A stretch of DNA of 64,000 nucleotides. Origin: an uncultured Pseudomonadota bacterium. GTDB taxonomy: Bacteria > Pseudomonadota > Gammaproteobacteria > Burkholderiales > JALYOK01. Under the pieces are notes generated by a model that worked only from the letters and a program-made list of their open reading frames with translations, made no database searches and was not told the origin of the DNA. The position numbers were made by a program, and so were the translations under genes. Below, in pieces: positions 8,334 to 16,342 of the stretch (position 1 is its first letter; every line of letters starts with the position of its first letter). The stretch covers positions 275,824-339,823 of the forward strand of contig CAVQPB010000005.1 of the NCBI GenBank assembly GCA_963714525.1, written 5' to 3'.

Positions 8334-10234
8334 GCGAAGCTCAGTGGGCTCGCTACTTCAACTTAATCGAGAGCTTGGAGGAGATGCCCGCCGATCAACG
8401 TCACGCTACGGTATGTTCGCTGCGAGCAGAAGCCGACGATGATACGGTTTTCAGATTAGTGGAGTTGCGACTCGGTTTGACCCCCGACTTCGATCGCGAC
8501 CGCAGCGGCGAACAGATACGCAATTTTGTGCTGCGGGAACAAATCGGCCGCGGCGGAATGGGCGTGATCTACCGCGCGGTGCAGATATTTTCTGACGGTA
8601 TCGAGCGCGAAGTCGCTATAAAGCTGATTCATCCCGAGTTAGTCGCACACCGGCAGGATGAAGCGCTGCAACACTTTCAGCAAGAGATCGGGGCGTTAGT
8701 TAAGCTCGAACACAGAGGCATTGCGCGCATCTATGACGGAGGCCTGCAGTGCGATACTGATGGGCGCGAAGAAACACTTTTTTTCGCGATGGAGTTCGTG
8801 CAAGGCATGCCGGTCACGGAATACGTTGCCCAGAAACGAGCCAAACTGCGCTTAACCGGGACGCTGCGACTATTCTTGCACATCTGCGATGCGGTGGCCT
8901 ACGCGCATCGCCAGGACATCATCCATCGCGACCTCAAGCCAGCCAACATCCTAGTCGATGCCGAAGGCGATCCACGCATCATCGACTTCGGCCTCGCTCA
9001 GCTTTGTGGAACTGCGATCCGTGGAAACCACCAGCTCTCCGGAACACCCGCATACATGAGTCCCGAGCAGTTAGGCGCTGATTCGCAGCCGCTTACCCCG
9101 GCGAGCGATGTCTATACGCTGGGACTCGTTCTGTGCGAGCTCTTGATAGGGCGGCGTCCGCGTAAAACGGATGTTAAATCGGCGGCATCCGAAGACCTTA
9201 GTCTCTATTACCCGGAATGCAGCCTTGAACTGCAGCAAACGGTCAACAAAGCCATCGCGGCGAGACTCACTGATCGGTACTCGTCGGTAGAAGCATTGAG
9301 TAAAGCCGTCGTTCGATGCCTCAAGGCAGCCGATTTGCAAGCGAAACGCGCGCTCCACTGCCGCGAATACTTGATCAAAAAAGTACAAAGCTTTTGGATC
9401 GACGGCGTACTTAGCAACTCACTACACGCGGCTGTTTCGATCGAACTTGGATTGGCGATAAAAGCGGACGCAGTCGACCATCCTTGGGACTTGATCATCC
9501 AAACGCGCGATGAGCTTTCACGCCCGTTACCGCCCGGCACAAAGGCAAGCGACGTGTTCCAAGAATTGAACGAGGCGATGCTGATACTCGGCGTCCCGGG
9601 CGCCGGCAAGACCACGTTGCTGCTTGAATTGACCCGCGACCTATTGACGCTAGCCAAGCACGACCGATCGCAGCGTGTGCCGGTTGTGTTCCACCTATCG
9701 ACCTGGGCGGAAAAGCGCTTGCCATTGGCCGATTGGTTGATCGACGAATTAGATAAGCGTTATTACCTGCCACCGGGCGCAGGCCGAAGTTACCTCGCAA
9801 GCGGCCAACTCGCGGTGTTGCTCGATGGATTGGACGAAGTGGCGCCTGCATATCGGGCCTCGTGTGTTAACGCCATCAACGAATTTAGCAAGACCCATAA
9901 CTCGATCCCGGTGGCCGTATGCAGCCGCATGGTGGACTATGAAACGATGTCGGTGCGGCTGCAACTGAATGGTGCGGTGGTCATTCAAGCGCTCACGCGC
10001 GAGCAGATCGACGACTACTTCGAGCGCGCGGGAGAACCTTTGGCCGGCGTGCGGATTGCGCTTGGCCATGACGAGCAGTTGTGGGCGTTGATGAAAACGC
10101 CATTGCTGCTGAGCATTGCGGCTCTGGCCTACCATAAGAGTTCATTCCATACACCAAAAATAGCGGCCACGCTGGACGAAAGGCGCAGCGCAGCTTTTCG
10201 CGGCGTACACCGAAGCCATGTTCGCGCGGCGTAG
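8321..10234 (+). CDS. Hanks-type Ser/Thr kinase fused to a NACHT NTPase (N-terminal part; the frame continues through three +1 shifts to 11161)
   Basis: GTG start with RBS aggaga overlapping the sigma gene; GRGGMG, VAIK, HRDLKPAN, DFG and GTPAYMSPEQ; Walker A GVPGAGKT and Walker B LLDGLDEV. Confidence 0.9.
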   Translation: MQSLSEAQWARYFNLIESLEEMPADQRHATVCSLRAEADDDTVFRLVELRLGLTPDFDRDRSGEQIRNFVLREQIGRGGMGVIYRAVQIFSDGIEREVAIKLIHPELVAHRQDEALQHFQQEIGALVKLEHRGIARIYDGGLQCDTDGREETLFFAMEFVQGMPVTEYVAQKRAKLRLTGTLRLFLHICDAVAYAHRQDIIHRDLKPANILVDAEGDPRIIDFGLAQLCGTAIRGNHQLSGTPAYMSPEQLGADSQPLTPASDVYTLGLVLCELLIGRRPRKTDVKSAASEDLSLYYPECSLELQQTVNKAIAARLTDRYSSVEALSKAVVRCLKAADLQAKRALHCREYLIKKVQSFWIDGVLSNSLHAAVSIELGLAIKADAVDHPWDLIIQTRDELSRPLPPGTKASDVFQELNEAMLILGVPGAGKTTLLLELTRDLLTLAKHDRSQRVPVVFHLSTWAEKRLPLADWLIDELDKRYYLPPGAGRSYLASGQLAVLLDGLDEVAPAYRASCVNAINEFSKTHNSIPVAVCSRMVDYETMSVRLQLNGAVVIQALTREQIDDYFERAGEPLAGVRIALGHDEQLWALMKTPLLLSIAALAYHKSSFHTPKIAATLDERRSAAFRGVHRSHVRAA

Positions 10235-11161
10235 CAAAATCGCCCGCTATACGCCTGAGCAATCGATGCGCTGGCTGGGATGGCTGGCGAGTACCATGCA
10301 ACGTCATCACCAAAGCGTGTTCTACTTAGAATGGATGCAGCCCGATTGGCTGTTGCGTCCCATCGAGCGCTGGGCGGTCAGTGTCGGGTCAGTGATGCTG
10401 TGCGGTGGGTTGGTCGGCATCGTGGTCGGCTGGCGGCGCTAGCCTCGCGAGCGAATATGCGTTGAGTTTCCCGATTTCATTGACGCTCGGCTTGGTCGGT
10501 GGGCTGGTTTTCGGGTTGCTAGGCCACGGCGATCAAGATGCGTCCGATTTTCCGGTTGGGCTGGTCATGGGCAGCGCTGCGCGACGGCTTGGGGCGCAAG
10601 ATGATTCTGGCGTTGGGCGCCGGCGCGTTGTTGAGTGCTGGCATTGCGCTGGTATTCGATGCGGCGGTGGGCATTGCGGTTGGACTGGCGATGACTGTGG
10701 CATTTTGCTACTTCGGCGGACTCGATTTGGAACGGTTCAGAAATGACCCCGGCCACTTCACCGTACCCAACGAAGGGATACGGCGATCGCTGCGTAACGC
10801 CTTACTCGGGGCTGTCGTCGGTACCGTCGGCGGTGGTCTGGCGGGAGGGTTGGCCGGCGGCGCGGCAGGTGCGTTGTTCGGCGCCACCGTTTTCGCACTA
10901 ATTAGTGCGATGCTAGTTGGCGGCTACACGTGTTTGCAGCATCTTATTCTTAGACTCCTGTTATGGCGAAACCGGTTCACACCTTTGCGCTATGTTGATT
11001 TTCTAGAATATGCCGTCGAGCGTATTCTTCTGCGCCGAGTGGGAGGCGGTTATGCGTTCGTCCATCGTGCGATGCTAGAGTATTTCGCCGCGACCTACAC
11101 ACCTAAAGCCCTCGTACAGGTAGGCCGTGGCCGGGGGTCCGGCCACGGCTCAATGGGTTAA
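10192..11161 (+). pseudogene. Frameshifted continuation of the kinase-NACHT gene: multi-TM Gly-rich region and conserved C-terminal module
   Basis: QLFAAYTEAMF...WLGWLASTM...FYLEWMQPDWL, then GLVGGLVFG helices, then LQHLILRLLLW...YVDFLEYAVERILLRRVGGGYAFVH; breaks at about 10190, 10430 and 10530; may be a sequencing artefact. Confidence 0.8.
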
Positions 11162-11162
11162 G

Positions 11163-11627
11163 CTATGGCGCAGGCGACGGGCCTGACACCGGCGCCAGTG
11201 GATTATTAAAGTTATCGCGACATTCCACAAAAACGCGATAGGATTCCGTGCTGGCGCCGCTTTTTTCGACCAGCAGGTAATATTTGCCGGCGCCCATGTT
11301 GACGTTGACGGTCGCGCTAGGAAATTCCCCGATCAATGGCGGATTAATTTGCGCTTGTAAACCATCGACCGCATCGGTGGTTTCGCTCTTCGTTACTCCC
11401 TTGATCATCTTCAGGGTGACGAGCGGCGTGTGCACGGGCGCCCGATCTGTTACGTTTCCCGAAATGTGATGCGTTCCCGCCGGACACTCAAGCACAAATA
11501 AGTCAACGCTGCTTGCCGGAACACCCATGCTATCGTTGATCACCGCTGCCTGCGAAATTGGTGCGCTCGCCAGGGCGATGCAAAGTGGGGTAAGCATGCT
11601 TGCTCTCTTTAATGCGTTCGTCTTCAT
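11163..11627 (-). CDS. Hypothetical exported beta-rich protein, 154 aa; paralog of the N-terminal domain of 12539-13846
   Basis: Signal peptide, two mature Cys, GKYYLLVEK strand; about 75% identity to the paralog by manual alignment. Confidence 0.85.
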   Translation of the reverse strand: MKTNALKRASMLTPLCIALASAPISQAAVINDSMGVPASSVDLFVLECPAGTHHISGNVTDRAPVHTPLVTLKMIKGVTKSETTDAVDGLQAQINPPLIGEFPSATVNVNMGAGKYYLLVEKSGASTESYRVFVECRDNFNNPLAPVSGPSPAP

Positions 11628-11744
11628 GATCGATCCTTTCAGCCGCCACCATCGGTGGACGACAAGTTCGTTTAAAAAGAAGTCAATTTCCTACTCAGGC
11701 AAGAGGCGATGACACATTGTTCGCGTTTCTCTTCCTGTAATCTC

Positions 11745-11773
11745 AATGGCGCAAGATTGGGCGAAAGCGGTCA
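11745..11773 (-). promoter_or_regulatory. Putative ECF promoter, copy 2
   Basis: Plus strand aatggcgca-agattgggcg-aaagcggtca; 118 bp upstream of the ATG at 11627. Confidence 0.75.
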
Positions 11774-11841
11774 AACCATGGGTCCGAAGCCCGGGAAATT
11801 GTCCGCGTCGCGGCAGCAACGCGCCGCGACGCCTAGAGATA

Positions 11842-12408
11842 TCAATTGGGAAGCTGCGCGTCCAAGCAATTGACGGTCATGGACACGTCCGTTACCGTCG
11901 CATTCGCGCCACCGGTCTTACGCGCCAGGCAGTAAATGTTTTGGTAATAGGTTTGGGGGACGTTGAAGAAGCACGTGGTGGTTACCTCTTTCATCCGATT
12001 GTCCGGAATAGCCGCATCCGGAATCATCGCATTGGCAGGAATGTTGTTGAATCCGAGCGTGCGCTCACATGCCCCATTCGGGAGCGGGTTCACATTGTTG
12101 AGCGACAAGGTAAAGAGATAGACGTGTGGGGGGCCGAAATAGCCTGGATTGGCGAAATCCGCGCTACAAACTGCCGTGCAGTAACGTGGCATCACTGCGT
12201 TGACCGGGACAGACCGAAGAACCGTCCAGGCTGCGCCCACGGGTTGGTCCGCATTTGTAGCGCTACCGCCCGCCGCGTCCGCCGCCAACAGGTTCGGCGA
12301 CAGCAATGCAAGGGATGCAGGCAAGGCCAGCGCGATCAGCGTCTTGAGAATCGGCCCTTCTGTGTGTTGCCGCGATGATTGCTTTAATGTCATTTTTCCA
12401 GAAGACAT
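11842..12408 (-). CDS. Hypothetical exported Cys-rich protein, 188 aa
   Basis: RBS gaaggag, signal peptide (...PNLLA/ADA) and six Cys in the mature part. Confidence 0.8.
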   Translation of the reverse strand: MSSGKMTLKQSSRQHTEGPILKTLIALALPASLALLSPNLLAADAAGGSATNADQPVGAAWTVLRSVPVNAVMPRYCTAVCSADFANPGYFGPPHVYLFTLSLNNVNPLPNGACERTLGFNNIPANAMIPDAAIPDNRMKEVTTTCFFNVPQTYYQNIYCLARKTGGANATVTDVSMTVNCLDAQLPN

Positions 12409-12507
12409 GGTGTTGCTCCTTCAAAAAGAGTTTGAATCTCGCAAACTCGTATGTCTGCAAGGTTTATGGGCTGGGCTTTGACGACTGTCATTGCCTTTCC
12501 CACTGCT

Positions 12508-12536
12508 AATGGCGCAAAAACCGGGAAAAGCGGTCA
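12508..12536 (-). promoter_or_regulatory. Putative ECF promoter, copy 3
   Basis: Plus strand aatggcgca-aaaaccggga-aaagcggtca; 100 bp upstream of the ATG at 12408. Confidence 0.75.
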
Positions 12537-12538
12537 GC

Positions 12539-13846
12539 TCAGGAGGGGCCGCCCGTCATCCAGGCCTTGCGGATTAGCCGCCCGCACTTCACCGACTCGA
12601 TGGCTGCGCCGCCGACGGCCGCGCGCGCGACGATGCCGTAATAGGTCTTGTCCGCGTCGATCCAGGGATAGAAGCCGAAAGCACCCGGGCTGCTGAACGC
12701 GCCATCGCCCACCGCCGGATCGTCCTCCACCCAATGCCCTAGCGAGTATTGCCATTTCTCGTCGGCGGGAATCGGTGTGTTCACGGCCGACGCGCACGTG
12801 GCCGGATTCGTGCACACCGCATGCGTGCCCAGCGCGCGGCCCATGCGCAGGTCGCCGGTGAGCATCTTGCGCAGGAACTTCGCGTATTGGCGGGCGCTGG
12901 TGCGCACGCCGCCGGCTGGCTGCGGCTGCGTATACGTCATGGCGATCTCGGCGCCGATCTGGCCGCGTACTTCTGCGGCAAGCCCAGCGTTGTTCAGGCC
13001 GTCCAACCCTTCCAGGCTTGCGTGCTTTTGCATGTGGCCGCCGTTGTAGAAGAACTTGCCGTCGGTGGCCCCGTCGTACTCGCCGTTGCTGCCGCTGGCC
13101 AGGCACAAACCCACCGTGGGGTTGTTGTTGCAGTTGTCGAAACTGCTGTAGCCGCTTCGGAAGTTGAGGAATTTGATGTCCTGCGCGGTGAGCGCGCCCA
13201 AACGCTTTTCGACGACATAGGCGCCGTATATCCACTTCGAAGCGGACGCCACATTGAGCAAGGTGTCCGCGCTGTAGACCGGGGCGCGCACCGAACCGCT
13301 TGCGATGCGCGCGGCCTGGTCGCCGATCTCCCAGTAGAACGACGGCAGCGATGCGCAGGCGTTGCTCATGCTTTGCGCGGTGGCCGTGGCGGCGGCGACG
13401 CGGGCGGCATTAGTCAGGTCGGGGGCGGGACCTGCCACTGGCGGGAGAACATTGTTGAACGCGTCGCGGCAGGTCACGGAGACCCGATAGATCTCCGGAC
13501 CGGGACCGCTTTTCTCGACCAGCAAGTAGTATGTGCCGGCGCCTAGATTGGCGTTCACGGTCGGGCTGGGGAACTCGCCGCCATCCACTGGATCGGTAGT
13601 TTCGCTCTTGCCCACCCCCTTGATGATCTTCAACGTTACCAGCGGCGCTTGAAGCGGCGCTCGGTCCGTGATGTTGCCCGAGACATGGTGAGTGCCGGCG
13701 GGGCACTGGAGCACGAACAGATCGACGCTTGCCGTGGGAACGCCCAGGCTGTCGTTGATGATCGCGGCCGGCGAAATAGTTGCACTCGCCAGGGCGATGC
13801 AAAGCGGGGTGAGTATGCTTGCGCTCTTTAAAACTTTGGTTTTCAT
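12539..13846 (-). CDS. Exported two-domain protein: unknown N-terminal beta domain plus beta-lactamase-like serine hydrolase
   Basis: Start MKTKVLK; SxxK (VASASKW), FFYNGGHMQ and SSPGAFGFYPWID. Confidence 0.85.
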   Translation of the reverse strand: MKTKVLKSASILTPLCIALASATISPAAIINDSLGVPTASVDLFVLQCPAGTHHVSGNITDRAPLQAPLVTLKIIKGVGKSETTDPVDGGEFPSPTVNANLGAGTYYLLVEKSGPGPEIYRVSVTCRDAFNNVLPPVAGPAPDLTNAARVAAATATAQSMSNACASLPSFYWEIGDQAARIASGSVRAPVYSADTLLNVASASKWIYGAYVVEKRLGALTAQDIKFLNFRSGYSSFDNCNNNPTVGLCLASGSNGEYDGATDGKFFYNGGHMQKHASLEGLDGLNNAGLAAEVRGQIGAEIAMTYTQPQPAGGVRTSARQYAKFLRKMLTGDLRMGRALGTHAVCTNPATCASAVNTPIPADEKWQYSLGHWVEDDPAVGDGAFSSPGAFGFYPWIDADKTYYGIVARAAVGGAAIESVKCGRLIRKAWMTGGPS

Positions 13847-13961
13847 GGTTGATCCTTTCAGTCGCCACGATGGCAGTGGCCCGTTGAAAAAAAAGAAGCC
13901 GAAATGGCTACCCAAGTAAGAGGCGATGACAGGGTGTTCGCGTTTCTCTGTCGGTATTCAC

Positions 13962-13990
13962 AATGGCGCAAAATTGAGCGAAAGCGGTCA
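13962..13990 (-). promoter_or_regulatory. Putative ECF promoter, copy 4
   Basis: Plus strand aatggcgca-aaattgagcg-aaagcggtca; 116 bp upstream of the ATG at 13846. Confidence 0.75.
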
Positions 13991-14093
13991 AACCACGGGC
14001 AGGAAAGTCGTGATTCCGACCTCCATGGAAATTTGGCGCGCATCCGCTGTTGAGTATGAATGGTGGGCACATCAGGAGCGAGGTCGCGTCACT

Positions 14094-14219
14094 GTGCGGC
14101 GACAGAATCTTTTCTACGTTAATCCAGATTGGATACTGCGAGCGAGGCCGAGGATTTTATTTGGGGCAAAAGTGATTTGCGTAGGACTTGAACGCGCTGG
14201 GATAGATCAACTGAAGTGA
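14094..14219 (+). pseudogene. Remnant second copy of the 3' end of the BtuF-like gene
   Basis: VRRQNLFYVNPDWILRARPRILFGAKVICVGL versus VRKRSVFFVNPDWIQRAAPRILLGAKVICEGL (3226-3321), 22/32 identical. Confidence 0.8.
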
Positions 14220-14241
14220 TAGAGAACGCCGCGCATTAATT

Positions 14242-14386
14242 TGTCATTGCCCCCCTGACTAAAGCATTCGAGGGCAGGCTACAGCGGGAATCCAGTGTCT
14301 TTTGCTCAACGACACTGGGTCCCCGCCTTCGCGGGGACGACATACTATTACTTTGTAATTGGATTCCCGCTTTCGCGGGAATGACA
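14242..14386. repeat. Composite cluster of the GTCATT...AATGAC palindromic repeat family
   Basis: gcgggaatcc, ccccgccttcgcggggacgac and ggattcccgctttcgcgggaatgaca units. Confidence 0.7.
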
Positions 14387-14400
14387 TTTAGGCAAGCCGT

Positions 14401-14883
14401 CTATTCTTGCTTACGCCCGCGCGGATCGTCGCTAGGATTGACGTATTTGATCCCGCTCTCCGGCCCTTCGCCGCTTTCTTGGATGATGACTTCTTCATCT
14501 TTGGTGGCGCTGAAGTGGCCGGTGTTGGCGGGGGTGAAATAGAACGTGCCGGCGGGAAACGCTTGCAGCTTGGATTCGTCGAACGTATCGCCGATGGCGG
14601 AATAATACGTGCCTTTGAGCACGGTCACGGTGCGCACGTCGGGGTGCTTGTGCGGCGGCAATTTATAGCCCGGCGGAAATTTGGCACGGAAAATAAATGG
14701 TCCGGGCTTGTTCGGCGCGCCGTAGATCATCATGAATTGCATGGTCGGCGGCACCGTGGGATTGACCATCCACTTTTCTTCGCCGAGGGGAACGCTGGGC
14801 ATGAGTATCTGTTCTTCAGCGACCGAAGCCATACTAAAAATAACGAAACCTAGCCACCCTATCCAATGCCGCGCGTGTTTCAT
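14401..14883 (-). CDS. Exported cupin-domain protein
   Basis: Signal peptide; PPHKHPDVRTVTVLKG and FTPANTGH cupin motifs. Confidence 0.85.
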   Translation of the reverse strand: MKHARHWIGWLGFVIFSMASVAEEQILMPSVPLGEEKWMVNPTVPPTMQFMMIYGAPNKPGPFIFRAKFPPGYKLPPHKHPDVRTVTVLKGTYYSAIGDTFDESKLQAFPAGTFYFTPANTGHFSATKDEEVIIQESGEGPESGIKYVNPSDDPRGRKQE

Positions 14884-14942
14884 GATCGATTCCTCGACAT
14901 CAGCGTTCGTTCGCGCGAATTGGCGCGAACGAACGCTCAGGT

Positions 14943-15470
14943 TTATTTCTCGCTAATGGTTTTCAGATTGCCGAGGCATGCTTTATATAAACCGGTGATA
15001 AAGCTGGTGACACCGGCGTCGCTTTCGCCTTCGGGAGGACTGTCGGCGCTGTTGCGGCGCTTAAAACTGCCTTGCCAGGCAACGGTGGTGCCGCCGCTGG
15101 CATTCGGCTTGATGCCCATAGAGGAAAAATAATTCATGATCGGCAGCGGAGCGGGTTCATCGACGTCGTAGGAAAACGTCATGGCGGTCGGGTCCATCGC
15201 CAGCAGATTTTCAGTGAAGGTTGGGCCATCCTTGACGGTAAGGGAACGTTTTACACCGATCATTCCATCCTTGCCGGACACGATATCGCTTTTTGCGAAC
15301 GGCGGGCACCAGTTGATCAGGCCGTCGAATTTACTGACTTTAGCCCAAACATCCGCAGGTGTGGCTTTGATTTCGACAATTTCCACAACCGTTAACATCG
15401 GTTGTGCAGCAACGCTCACTAAAGGGGTGAGCATAATGGCGCCAAGCGCGGCGTAAGCAACTTTTTTCAT
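14943..15470 (-). CDS. Exported SRPBCC/polyketide-cyclase family protein (MxaD-like)
   Basis: Signal peptide; IKATPADVWAKV..FDGL..WCP, RSLTVKDG..FTE.L and a C-terminal helix. Confidence 0.8.
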   Translation of the reverse strand: MKKVAYAALGAIMLTPLVSVAAQPMLTVVEIVEIKATPADVWAKVSKFDGLINWCPPFAKSDIVSGKDGMIGVKRSLTVKDGPTFTENLLAMDPTAMTFSYDVDEPAPLPIMNYFSSMGIKPNASGGTTVAWQGSFKRRNSADSPPEGESDAGVTSFITGLYKACLGNLKTISEK

Positions 15471-15615
15471 GTTTTCTCCTCAAATCGGTGGAATAAAATA
15501 ACTCAAAGCTTGGTGTATTACTTCGTGACGGTTGTGTTTTGCAAGCGACATGCGCAATATAACAAAATAGCGTTCATCACGATACGTGTACCACAAACCG
15601 CGTTTTGGAGTTTTC

Positions 15616-16227
15616 ATGAAATCGACTGCCGTCGCTGCTTTAACCGCAGCTATCTTGGGTTGCGCATCACTGGCCCTAAATGCTGCGCCTAAAGATCCAC
15701 CTCCTTCGCCCTACGGCACGGCGAAATTCAGCCCCTACGCCGATATCGACGACATCAAGCAACTGAAGGCGGTATACGACTTTTATTTTCCCAATCCCAA
15801 AAGCGTGCCGTTGGTGTTATCAGCTATCAATTCGCTGATGGCGCAAACGGCGGAATTCGGGCCGCACGATTTCGAGCCGCTGAAAATCGTGGTCGTGTCC
15901 CATGGGCCGGAACTGGTGGTGTTCGCGAAGCGCAACTACGCGAAGTATAAAGAAATCGTCGATCGCGCCGCGAGTCTGGCGCAGCAAGGCGTGCGCTTTG
16001 AGATTTGCCGCGGCGCGGCGGCGGCGTTGAATTTTGTGCCCGAGGATTTCCACGGTTTCGCCACGGTCGTACCGTCGGGGCCTTATGCATTAACGTATTG
16101 GCAAATGAAAGGTTACGGCCTCATTCCGGGCGGGTTTACCGATCCACAGCGTTACACCAATCGGTTCAACAAAGACGACATTCCGCCCAAGCCGCGTGGC
16201 GAGCGGGCGTCCGATAAGGGAAAATAA
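15616..16227 (+). CDS. Exported DsrE/DsrF-like family protein
   Basis: Signal peptide; KAVYDF, IVVVSHGPEL, GVRFEICRGA and VVPSG. Confidence 0.8.
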   Translation: MKSTAVAALTAAILGCASLALNAAPKDPPPSPYGTAKFSPYADIDDIKQLKAVYDFYFPNPKSVPLVLSAINSLMAQTAEFGPHDFEPLKIVVVSHGPELVVFAKRNYAKYKEIVDRAASLAQQGVRFEICRGAAAALNFVPEDFHGFATVVPSGPYALTYWQMKGYGLIPGGFTDPQRYTNRFNKDDIPPKPRGERASDKGK

Positions 16228-16229
16228 AA

Positions 16230-16340
16230 CTAAGGAAGCTCTGAATAATCGAATTCTAAGTAAGATCAAGGCGAACAAGCAAAAAATATCGACGCAGCAT
16301 ATGGATGATATGTAAGGAGATATTTTTTGTGAGTAACCGA
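16230..16340 (+). mobile_element. MITE-like element, copy A (right end truncated)
   Basis: Starts CTAAGGAAGCTCTGA; the interior aligns with the copy at 33571-33719. Confidence 0.7.
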
Positions 16341-16342
16341 AA

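Noticed and set aside
10185-10540. Programmed frameshifting or phase variation in the kinase-NACHT gene
   Set aside because: There are no slippery heptamers or long homopolymers at the breaks, and the same +1 pattern appears in three unrelated genes.
5277-13846. Antibiotic-resistance beta-lactamases
   Set aside because: The SxxK fold is shared by many peptidases and esterases. Neither protein resembles class A, C or D enzymes overall.
3390-14220. Prophage, ICE or integrase-driven island
   Set aside because: No integrase, phage structural, conjugation or tRNA attachment features are present. The IS3 has its own target duplication.
14943-15470. Methylotrophy inferred from the MxaD-like gene
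   Set aside because: No mxaF, xoxF or other mxa genes are in the window, and SRPBCC is a broad family.
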